Assembly (NCBI GenBank): GCA_965207445.1
Contig: CBDBLX010000002.1
Coordinates: forward strand, 320,001-384,000
Direction of reading: 5' to 3'
DNA: 64,000 nucleotides
Source of the DNA: Nitrosopumilus sp.
GTDB taxonomy: Archaea > Thermoproteota > Nitrososphaeria > Nitrososphaerales > Nitrosopumilaceae
In this document: piece by piece, positions 1 to 8,283 of the stretch
How the letters are laid out: each line of letters begins with the position of its first letter
Numbering within the stretch: position 1 is the first letter of the stretch
Made by a program: the position numbers and the translations under genes
The notes under the pieces: generated by a model
Databases searched by the model: none
What the model was told of the DNA's origin: nothing
What the model saw: only the letters and a program-made list of their open reading frames with translations

Positions 1-895
1 TAGCTGTTTGGCCTCGTGAAATATGTGCTGGAGTTTTTGGTGTAATTCTACGAAATTGCCGCCTTGCATGGCTGCCAGCAGTTCGGCATCGCGCAAAACA
101 TGCGCCCAGCAGCGCTGTTTGGTTTTGAATTTGTTGTATGCGGCGTATCCATCCACCACGATTGGAATGTCAAATAACGGACAGTGTATATCTAATACAG
201 CCGCACCACGTGAGTGAGTAATGACAAAACTGATGCCATATTCGCCTATGAACACCTAATGCATAGCCACGTTTTATGCCTATTTTGACTGGCGTTTCAT
301 CACCCATCAAATATCTTGTTTTTGCAAGATTTTTTGAGATCTGTTTTGCAGTTGCTGCAAACTTTTCTCTTGCTACTGTTGCAAGAGCGTTCATTATGGT
401 CACCTTTGAGACCTTTGGAACGCCGACTAGCGTTAGCATGTGTGATATGGAGTTTAGACTGAGTGTTGTAAAGAACATGAATACGATCATGGTCATGAGA
501 TTGGGGCCAAACATTGAGCCTTTTGTATATCCTTTGGGCATGGTGTTTATTTTGTGGTTGTTGTTTTTGCATTTGCCTTTTGATGATTTAATCTGTTTTT
601 TTGTGGCTTTGGCTATTTTTGGAGTGTCTATTACCATCTTGCATTCGTGTTTAACATCTACATCTGCACCACCACATTCAGGGCATTTGTCTACTGTATA
701 GTCAATTTCCTCTGTGACGTCCATATCATATATGGTTGTTTTCTCCTCCTCCCCCTCATCTTCATTCCATTTTTTTCCTTTTGTCTTCTCTTCTAACCCA
801 TACAGGATTAGACTGACTCCTTTTCTAACCGCTTTGTCGTTGGTTTCATGTGCAATTGCATTTTCGAGTACATAATTGTCAGAATTAGTAATGGC
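1..895 (-). pseudogene. Truncated, frameshifted copy of the IS66-like transposase at 13490-15136 (runs off window start)
   Basis: Near-identical in reverse complement to about 13915-14795. Frameshift near 258 (GYAWVF becomes GYALGV). The 5' part is cut exactly at the MITE at 896. Confidence 0.9.
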
Positions 896-1005
896 TAATA
901 GTTTCATTAAAGATCCGATAGTTTTCTAATATTTTGTATTCATAATATGTGCTCAACTTCGAGATGAATATCAATCAAAATACCGGATCTTTAATCATAT
1001 CAGTA
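896..1005. mobile_element. 110-bp MITE sharing terminal inverted repeats with the IS630-like element at 40467-42134
   Basis: Ends TAATAGTTTCATTAAAGATCCGATAGTTTT ... AAAATACCGGATCTTTAATCATATCAGTA. Near-identical copies at 33238-33347 and 33352-33461. Confidence 0.9.
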
Positions 1006-1125
1006 CGTATATGGCGGCGGGTTTGGCAAATTTCTGCCTGTCATCATTTTCAAAACTAGCGATTAGTGCTTTCAATCGCCCTGATACGTGGTTTCTTGTA
1101 TATATCAGCTTCTGGATTCTGCCGG

Positions 1126-1206
1126 GTAACCGTTCAACCTCCGTACTTGCGCCAGACGTTAGACGGTGAATTTGTGCCTAAATTTGAGATGGGGTTGAAC
1201 GGTTAC
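1126..1206. mobile_element. 81-bp MITE with IS66-type (GTAA) TIRs
   Basis: TIR GTAACCGTTCAACC / GGTTGAACGGTTAC. 9-bp direct repeat TTCTGCCGG at 1117-1125 and 1207-1215. TIR matches the IS66-like element at 13082-15208. Confidence 0.9.
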
Positions 1207-1412
1207 TTCTGCCGGTCTAGGCTCGGGCCAGTTGTGGCGATTCCGTACCGAGGAATACAGTCTGCCTATTCGAGCATAAAGACATCCAATACGGTGTGAC
1301 AGTGGGCTCATGATGGGCCTCGGGTATGTGTGGGATGTCCTTCTACACTTCACAGGGTCTAGCTGCCACCACCTCCGGGATCATACTTGAGCATTTTTCC
1401 CTTGCAAATTAC

Positions 1413-1470
1413 ATGTTTTACAACACGTCCCTAGGTCACAAAGGTGTTACAACAGTGTCCTGAGCTACAC
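1413..1470. mobile_element. Possible orphan IS481-like terminus
   Basis: Two imperfect sub-repeats (TGTTTTACAACACGTCCCTAG, GTGTTACAACAGTGTCCTGAG) ending in ...ACA, i.e. TGT on the other strand. No partner end or transposase seen. Confidence 0.25.
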
Positions 1471-1498
1471 ATAATACCGCATATTAATTCAGTGTGAC

Positions 1499-2107
1499 AT
1501 GTGGGAATTGGACGAGGCGTTCCGAAGTTTTGCCATTCTGCTTAAGGAGCGGATATGCTCAGGAATACACACAAAGGAAGATTCTGTACGGTATCTGTTT
1601 TTTCACTCTATGACACGTACATTCGACATATCCCCAAATGAAATACTTTTAGAATCCCCGCACCCGGCAGATGGTAAAAAAGAAGTAGATATGATTGTAG
1701 TTTCATCTGAAACTAGGCCCGAATTTGTATTCGAATTCAAGTTTCATAGATACACGGGAAGCATGATGCCGCGTCCAATGAATGCTGGCCAGTTATTCAA
1801 GGACATATTCAGGCTGGCAATGTACAAGCGTCACAATGAAACTAGTAGGTGCTTTGTGGTATACGCGACAGATTCAACTATGAGAAATTATTTTTGTAAG
1901 AAGGGAAATAAATTGAATGATTTTTTCAATCTGGAGATTGATAAAAGTCTGCTAATTGATGAAAATTATGTTAAAAATCATACAAAGACATTCATTGAAT
2001 ATTGTGAATACGTGTGTGATTGCGAGATATCAATGCGCCTGAAGCGAGATTTTGACAACTTATCAATAAGGATTTGTGAGATCGAAAACGTATCTGCTGA
2101 AAATTGA
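1499..2107 (+). CDS. Putative PD-(D/E)xK-fold nuclease
   Basis: 202 aa with E..(LLESPHP)..VD..FEFK pattern followed by a KDIFRL helix, typical of restriction-endonuclease-like proteins. Confidence 0.55.
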   Translation: MWELDEAFRSFAILLKERICSGIHTKEDSVRYLFFHSMTRTFDISPNEILLESPHPADGKKEVDMIVVSSETRPEFVFEFKFHRYTGSMMPRPMNAGQLFKDIFRLAMYKRHNETSRCFVVYATDSTMRNYFCKKGNKLNDFFNLEIDKSLLIDENYVKNHTKTFIEYCEYVCDCEISMRLKRDFDNLSIRICEIENVSAEN

Positions 2108-2210
2108 TCTAAACACTGTGTTTAGTACGAATAAACATTTTAAGTTGTCTTGTAAGGGTTCTCCTGCAAACGCGGTTGGTGGCAATTAATACAGATTTGA
2201 ACCGTTGTAG

Positions 2211-2366
2211 TCAATCCGGACACGTAACTAGTATTTTGTCGCCACGTATGATAAACTTCAAACCCTCTGGGTTACCAAGTTTGGCAAGGACCGGCTTTGG
2301 AATGTATGAGTAACTGGTACCTCTTTTCACGTTGTGGGTTATAGATACTTGGAATTCAGTTAGCAT
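2211..2366 (-). CDS. 51-aa AbrB/MazE-like swapped-hairpin DNA-binding protein, passenger of the IS6 element (not in ORF track)
   Basis: MLTEFQVSITHNVKRGTSYSYIPKPVLAKLGNPEGLKFIIRGDKILVTCPD has the IPK..L..LG....F......I.V AbrB signature. The second copy at 63463-63618 differs only at four synonymous sites. Confidence 0.75.
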   Translation of the reverse strand: MLTEFQVSITHNVKRGTSYSYIPKPVLAKLGNPEGLKFIIRGDKILVTCPD

Positions 2367-2472
2367 TGGCAGCCCATTTAGTCATGTTTGTTGTTCTCAG
2401 TACAACGTTATAACGTCACTGACATCGGATTGCGCACGAATGCTTATATATCCAATTGGTGATATATGTATA

Positions 2473-3753
2473 ATGAAACAAAAAATAGTTCAGGAAGAAA
2501 AGGTGGTAGACGAAACTACTCAATCAAGATCAAAAACATTGGAAAATGACAACCCAAAGCCTGGCAAGCAGAGGCGCTCCAAGGCTCAGATTGATGCAAT
2601 TAGGAAAGCAGGCATTCAGATTGCATGCATTGCAGGTGCCATAACTACACTAAGCTCGATTAAATGGACAGTCGCATCGCAAACTGTGCAAGGTCTATTG
2701 TATGTGGTGTCGCTTAGTTCACTTGGAATGAGATGTCAGTGTGAGGCCAATCAAAATGGAAAAAAGATATGCAAGCATGTGGTGGGGGTATACAAGCTCT
2801 TAGACAAAGAGTGGTGGTGTGGGCGTAGAAAAAGGATACAGATTAGGCGCAAAAAATTGAGATGTCAGTATCCAAAATGCAGATCCAAAGATGTGGTAGG
2901 ATGGGGAGAGCGCAAGTGTAAGAGAAAAAGATCTGTGAGGCGATACATGTGCAAAAAATGTGGCCGTACATTTTCTGGAATGGAAGGGTTCAAGGGGCGG
3001 CATTTTGATGCATCCGTAATAGCAAAAGCGTTGTCCATGATGGCAACTAAAATGTCTCCAGAAGAAGTATGTGTGCAGCTTGCAATGGATGAGATCATCA
3101 TAAACCCATCTACAATACATAGGTGGACTGATGAGTATTCGCGAATCATGCTACGATTCTCAAGTTTGCTGTGTCTTGATGCATGGTTTCAGTGGCATGT
3201 CGACGAGTTAGAATTTAAAATACGTAAACAGACCAGATATTTGTTTGGTGTAATGGATGGCGCAAGTCGATTTGTTTTATCCCACGAGATCCTCAAGAAG
3301 AAAAAGGGATCTGATCCCACTAACCTGTTTCAAATGGCTGCTGCCCGTACGCGTAGGCTACCACGCATACTTGTAAGTGATGGACTGCAGGAGTTCATAA
3401 AGCCTGCCAGAAAAGTATTCTTTAGACGGGCTGGATCGGTGTTTGTATACATACGTGAGATACAACACATACAGAGCCTTTTTAATCAAAATAACGTCTA
3501 CGAACGACTCAATGGAGAATTTGAGGATAGATTCAAGTGTGTACGTGGACTAAAATCAGAGGACCCCGGGACTCTTACGTCTGATATAGTATATCATAAC
3601 TTTTTTAGAAAACACACAAGCCTCAAAAACAACATGACGCCTGCCAAGGCAATTGGAATTGACATTATACCAGTAAAAGACTCTGATCTTGCAGATAGTT
3701 GTGATGCTTGGATAACACTCATTCAAAACGCATCCATACGTGCCTCTGCCTGA
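2473..3753 (+). CDS. IS6-family DDE transposase with N-terminal SWIM zinc finger and zinc ribbon
   Basis: CQC..CKH SWIM motif; CQYPKC..CKKC ribbon; WHVDE, LVSDGL and NNVYERLN catalytic motifs. Start placed at ATG 2473 downstream of a TATA-like CTTATATA. Confidence 0.85.
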   Translation: MKQKIVQEEKVVDETTQSRSKTLENDNPKPGKQRRSKAQIDAIRKAGIQIACIAGAITTLSSIKWTVASQTVQGLLYVVSLSSLGMRCQCEANQNGKKICKHVVGVYKLLDKEWWCGRRKRIQIRRKKLRCQYPKCRSKDVVGWGERKCKRKRSVRRYMCKKCGRTFSGMEGFKGRHFDASVIAKALSMMATKMSPEEVCVQLAMDEIIINPSTIHRWTDEYSRIMLRFSSLLCLDAWFQWHVDELEFKIRKQTRYLFGVMDGASRFVLSHEILKKKKGSDPTNLFQMAAARTRRLPRILVSDGLQEFIKPARKVFFRRAGSVFVYIREIQHIQSLFNQNNVYERLNGEFEDRFKCVRGLKSEDPGTLTSDIVYHNFFRKHTSLKNNMTPAKAIGIDIIPVKDSDLADSCDAWITLIQNASIRASA

Positions 3754-4206
3754 ATTGCCAGACTCTGTACATTACACATCATATACACAAACACTCTCCA
3801 TCTGTTTGTGTTTTGATGCCAAATCAAACTATCATTTTTGGTGTACAATTCAATTTCTTCAAGATGAACCACTCTCGTTTGTCTTTTTGATACTGACTCT
3901 AACTATCCTTATTCCAAACTATCGTCATAGTCATACAAAAAAGTACTAAAAACTTACACTTTTTCAACCTCTAATACCAAATTCAGATAAAAAGTTCACA
4001 TAAACACCGATCAACTGCGTTTGCAAGAGAACCATGGTGAGTATTCTTTTTGTGCCTTCTGAATTGTCGTTTTGGCATGGAAGTGTGACGTGCAGGCGGT
4101 CCAAAAGGATTCTAGCTGGATTCTATCACGATCTATAATATGTACGGTGATTTTCTGGGAAAATTCTGGACAGCACATCACAGTAAGAAAAGCGTTTAAG
4201 CATCAC

Positions 4207-4731
4207 TTACCAATTTGGCGGTGGAGCCCCATGAGCCTGTATGTGACTATTATATTCTCTACATAGGTTTCTTACATCAAATATGTGCCATATGAATAGG
4301 ACCAACCCTATTATTAGTAGGAATATGCCAACAACAAATACTATTGTGGCTACACCCACCCAAACCAGTACTGCCGTGCCTATTAGCAATGCTATCCCTC
4401 TGCTTATTTTTCCTATGTAGACATGTCCTATTCCACTGAGTCCTAGTATGCCAATCACGATGGCAAGTACCAGTGCTGTTCCCTCATTTTTGTACATTGC
4501 AGGAGATGTCCCTGAAGACGGATTTTGAGGAGTTATGTTGGATGGGTTAGCAACGGTCTTGGCATGACCACATTGCGGGCACTGGGCATATTTGTCACCC
4601 AGCGGAGATCCGCAGTTTGAACAGAACCCGTTGATATTCTGAGACGAACTGGTAGGGGTTCCACATGAATTGCACGAGTGCAATCCGGCCGGAACGATAG
4701 CTCCACAGTTTGAACACGTGGTGGAGCCCAT
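4207..4731 (-). CDS. Double zinc-ribbon plus TM2-like membrane protein
   Basis: Four CxxC motifs, then the KNEGTALVLAI..GLSGIGHVYIGKI..GI pattern and hydrophobic helices. Confidence 0.8.
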   Translation of the reverse strand: MGSTTCSNCGAIVPAGLHSCNSCGTPTSSSQNINGFCSNCGSPLGDKYAQCPQCGHAKTVANPSNITPQNPSSGTSPAMYKNEGTALVLAIVIGILGLSGIGHVYIGKISRGIALLIGTAVLVWVGVATIVFVVGIFLLIIGLVLFIWHIFDVRNLCREYNSHIQAHGAPPPNW

Positions 4732-5123
4732 AGTAGAATGAATGAATTGCAGTATAAAAGGTAATACGTAAAGGTATTGGTGCGAATTCGTGACCTGTTA
4801 GGCGTCTTAGCAGGGCCGCGCTTGTGACAAAGTGAGCAATACAATCCATTCCAATCTCCGTTGACAATGTATTCTCATACTTTGTACTAATGCCACCGTC
4901 ATCAGAGTCAGAATTGAGACACTCCGTCTTGTCTGATATGCAAGATCGTTTGATCGACTATTCAGAACTAAAGCGTACGTTCGACATGGCAGAGTGAGGC
5001 AAGGGCATAAGTGCTAAAGACATGCGCGGTTTGGACCACTATCTAAAGAACATGACAAGATAGTCTCGTTTGACAGAATCTGTAAAGAGATCGGTCGCTG
5101 AATGTTACATAGGCCTCATCGAA

Positions 5124-5138
5124 GGGGGGGGGGGGGGG
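5124..5138. repeat. G15 homopolymer inside a GGCCTC/GAGGCC inverted repeat
   Basis: 15 consecutive G. GGCCTC at 5112-5117 and GAGGCC at 5141-5146, followed by the IS66-TIR-like GAACGGTTAC. Confidence 0.85.
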
Positions 5139-5203
5139 AAGAGGCCGAACGGTTACTTGACTATTGATAATATATTTTTATTTCATATCTGTACTTAATA
5201 ATT

Positions 5204-6121
5204 ATGGCTGATTTTGAATTAGAAACCAAAATTTTGGGTATTTTGTATGAACAATGGTGGCGTGACCCAATAATGGGATGTGCGAAACAGACTATATGTG
5301 AAACAGTAAATACAGAAGAAAATAGAGTAGGTCAGGCGTTACAAATTCTTGAAAGTCAGTGGTACGTTGAAAGAGACATCCGGTGGTATAAAATAACTAC
5401 TCCTTCGGGAATTGAAGCATATGAAGAAGTTTTATCGCCTTCATCTCTTGCAAAAAAAGAAGCACAAAGAAAAAAAATTCTCACATTTCTAGAACCATAT
5501 TATGATCAAGATATTGATGCATGTATATCTCGCGATGAATTAGTAGCAGCGATAGGAATCGAAGATCATGATGAATTATATTCTCAAATGAAGTATTTGG
5601 AGAGTAAAGAATATGTTAAGCTGGACATGTTTATAGGGGGAAATTTTTGGGTAAAATTATTGGCATCGGGAAAGTTACTATTAGATAACTATGACCCCCA
5701 AAATTATCAGCCAATGACTAATGCATATAGACGTCTATTTATTGTTGAAAATCGTCTTCGAAAGTTTATTGAAACGAAATTAGCAGAACATTACGGTACT
5801 GATTGGTGGAACAAAGGAATAAGTGGTAAATTGCGTACTTTAGCTGATGATAGACAACATGCCGAACAACAACAAGGCTGGCAAGTATCTATAACCGAGA
5901 GTAATTTGGAATATCTTTCATTTACACATCTAAGCAAGATTATTACCAATAACTGGAGTGAAATATTCGAACCAATTTTTCGTAATCAGTCTAAAATTGC
6001 ATTGCCGTTAAAAGAATTAGAAGACATACGAAATGCAATTGCTCATACTAGAACGTTGACAGATGATGCAATGAATAGATTAGAGCAATACTGTGGAGAC
6101 ATTTCTAATTTGACAAAATAA
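5204..6121 (+). CDS. Winged-helix plus Swt1-like HEPN domain protein (putative RNase effector)
   Basis: Two wHTH-like N-terminal segments. C-terminal Y..LF..EN.LR..I, WW, LEYL.F..L..II and the RNAIAH (RxxxxH) HEPN motif. Confidence 0.75.
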   Translation: MADFELETKILGILYEQWWRDPIMGCAKQTICETVNTEENRVGQALQILESQWYVERDIRWYKITTPSGIEAYEEVLSPSSLAKKEAQRKKILTFLEPYYDQDIDACISRDELVAAIGIEDHDELYSQMKYLESKEYVKLDMFIGGNFWVKLLASGKLLLDNYDPQNYQPMTNAYRRLFIVENRLRKFIETKLAEHYGTDWWNKGISGKLRTLADDRQHAEQQQGWQVSITESNLEYLSFTHLSKIITNNWSEIFEPIFRNQSKIALPLKELEDIRNAIAHTRTLTDDAMNRLEQYCGDISNLTK

Positions 6122-6343
6122 GTGACTGAATACATGTTAGCTCCGTTGTCCATAGCTGCGGTGATGGAATGACTCTTGACGGAGCGTGAGTTTCGAGCCT
6201 TCGGGCTTGAGTGGCCCCACATCCCCCTAGCTTGCAGCTGCCCGCCCTGCCGCAGTGAGGCATCGCACTTTGCGCAAAGCGCTTCCATACGCATTCATGA
6301 TCCCGGTTCCACAAATCCGCCCGCGTTTGGTATGAACGACCAA

Positions 6344-6365
6344 CAACCGCGTTTGCGAGAGAACC
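6344..6365. mobile_element. Solo IS6-type terminal inverted repeat
   Basis: CAACCGCGTTTGCGAGAGAACC matches the ends of 2157-4033 and abuts the truncation point of the neighbouring IS5-like fragment. Confidence 0.75.
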
Positions 6366-7131
6366 TTACTCGATAACCGGACACCAGATCATACTTGAAT
6401 CATACACAACTCCAAGCAATGCAAGTGACACATCAATGCTTCCATATATGATCAACTTTCTTGTAAAAAACTATACACAGATTGAAGAGTGCTTATTCAA
6501 CGGAGACAAGAGATACATTCGGATCAAAACTGCGAGACAATATTCAATGCAAACATAAAACCGAACATAAAACAGCGCAATCACACAGATGGCGCAGGTC
6601 ATACAAACCGTGGCAAACCACCAAGCAGAAAAAAGGCAGCGGAGATCTTTGACAAAGATGCATACAAACAACGCGCACTTATCGAGGCAATATTTGGAGC
6701 AGTAGAAGAGTAACCGTTCAACCCCCGTTACCTGCACAAGAAGTTAGACTGTGAATCTGTGCCTAAACTTGAGAAGGGGTTGAACGGTTACGTAGAAGAG
6801 ACAAAGAATCACAGGCTACACTGTCGTATGCGTCTGGCCGAAAACAGAAAGCGGTTTGGTAAAATATTATCGATTGCATGGAATATCAACGCCCTGAACA
6901 GATTTATCTGCGCTCATGAAAAAGGGCAAAAGATTCCATCATACCAATGATAGTGACTGCTATCACACTTGCACGTTTTATGTTCTATAATCTGTCTGCT
7001 AAAACACACATGTATATTCAAAAACAAAACGCACTATAGATAGATTTCAGTCTTTTGTAGATTGAATGTACAATAAACCAAGCTCACAGAAGGGTCACAG
7101 GCAGGCCTAATGTCAATTACGCACCAACCTC
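6366..7131 (+). pseudogene. 5'-truncated IS5/IS4-like (DDE_Tnp_1-type) element, interrupted by a MITE
   Basis: Reverse-complement match to 57491-58167. YKQRALIEAIFG motif. Ends in TIR AATTACGCACCAACCTC. Confidence 0.8.
6710..6791. mobile_element. 82-bp IS66-type MITE inserted in the IS5-like transposase
   Basis: GTAACCGTTCAACCCC / GGGGTTGAACGGTTAC with 8-bp duplication GTAGAAGA. The empty site is visible in the paralogous copy near 57824-57831. Confidence 0.92.
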
Positions 7132-7176
7132 CCCGATCACTATAATACTTAAAGCAAGGCAGCGCATAGGCTATGT

Positions 7177-8136
7177 GTGAAAAAGTATTGCGTATCGTGG
7201 TGGAATGTTGAGAATCTTTTTGACTCTCAGTATGCATCACGTGAGGACAAGCTTAAGCGTGTGCTTGGAAAGGAGTTAAAGGGGTGGAACAACACCGTTC
7301 TGAACAAAAAGATATCACAGTTATCAAAAATAATAGCGCAGCTAAATGGAGGTGCCGGGCCTGACATTTTGGGAGTATGCGAGGTGGAGAGCAGGAAAGT
7401 GTTGAACAAATTAGTGGACAAAATCCCTCTTCGGAGAAATTATGAGATTGCACACGATGATGGAAAGGATAATCGTGGGGTTGATACCGCGTTCATTTAC
7501 GACGCAGATTCATTTGAGTTGAAGGGAAACTTTTCGCATTTTATTGTAAAAAGAAACGCAACACGGGATCTGTTTCAGGTGAATCTAGGGATAAAAGAGA
7601 GCGGCAAGCTGCTGGTACTGGTGGGGAATCACTGGCCTGCAAGAATTGGCGGAACGTTTGGTTCTGAGCCCTACAGACTAATAGCGGGTGAGACTCTGGC
7701 ATATTTCCACGAAAGAATAGTAGAAGTGCACGGAAAAGATGTCGCAGTAATCGCAATGGGGGATTTTAATGACGAACCATTTAGCCGCTCCGTAGTGGAG
7801 CACGCACGGGCCACAAATTCTAGGGGACGGGTACTGCGATCTAGAAAACCTATGTTCTACAATCTGATGTGGCCACTGATGGCACACGGACTTGGCACCC
7901 ACTACTATGGCGGGACAGGTTCAGTTCTTGACCAGATGATGGTCTCAAAAGGATTATTGCGCGGCAAAGATACTGGAATGTCAGTCAAACCAGATTCGAT
8001 AAGAATTGAGGGTTTGTCTGAGATGGCCTGCAAAGGTAAACCGTGCAGATTTGGCAGACCTTCCAAAAAAAGTACTTATAATGAGAATGGATTTTCGGAT
8101 CACTTTCCCATATCAGTCACACTCGAATCTTATTGA
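7177..8136 (+). CDS. Endonuclease/exonuclease/phosphatase (EEP) family protein
   Basis: WNVENLFD, PDILGVCEVE, NHWP, MGDFNDEP and GFSDHFPI motifs. Confidence 0.9.
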   Translation: MKKYCVSWWNVENLFDSQYASREDKLKRVLGKELKGWNNTVLNKKISQLSKIIAQLNGGAGPDILGVCEVESRKVLNKLVDKIPLRRNYEIAHDDGKDNRGVDTAFIYDADSFELKGNFSHFIVKRNATRDLFQVNLGIKESGKLLVLVGNHWPARIGGTFGSEPYRLIAGETLAYFHERIVEVHGKDVAVIAMGDFNDEPFSRSVVEHARATNSRGRVLRSRKPMFYNLMWPLMAHGLGTHYYGGTGSVLDQMMVSKGLLRGKDTGMSVKPDSIRIEGLSEMACKGKPCRFGRPSKKSTYNENGFSDHFPISVTLESY

Positions 8137-8283
8137 TGGCGCACAGATTTTAGAGTCGTCTCATCGTATAATCTCAGGTCAAATTCTACCGTGCTGCAGT
8201 TCATATGACGGCGACTCGCCGTCGTGTCATCCTTTTGGCACCAGTCACATTAGTTTCATATATCATAGACAAGAAGTTTGTTA

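Larger units (their letters stand above)
2157..4033 (+). mobile_element. IS6-family insertion sequence (1877 bp)
   Basis: TIRs GGTTCTCCTGCAAACGCGGTTG / CAACTGCGTTTGCAAGAGAACC (IS6-type GGTTCT..TGCAAA). Encodes a DDE transposase. No flanking direct repeat. Confidence 0.85.

Noticed and set aside
2332..2472. N-terminal extension of the IS6 transposase
   Set aside because: It overlaps the divergent AbrB-like gene and the promoter region. ATG 2473 after a TATA box is more plausible.
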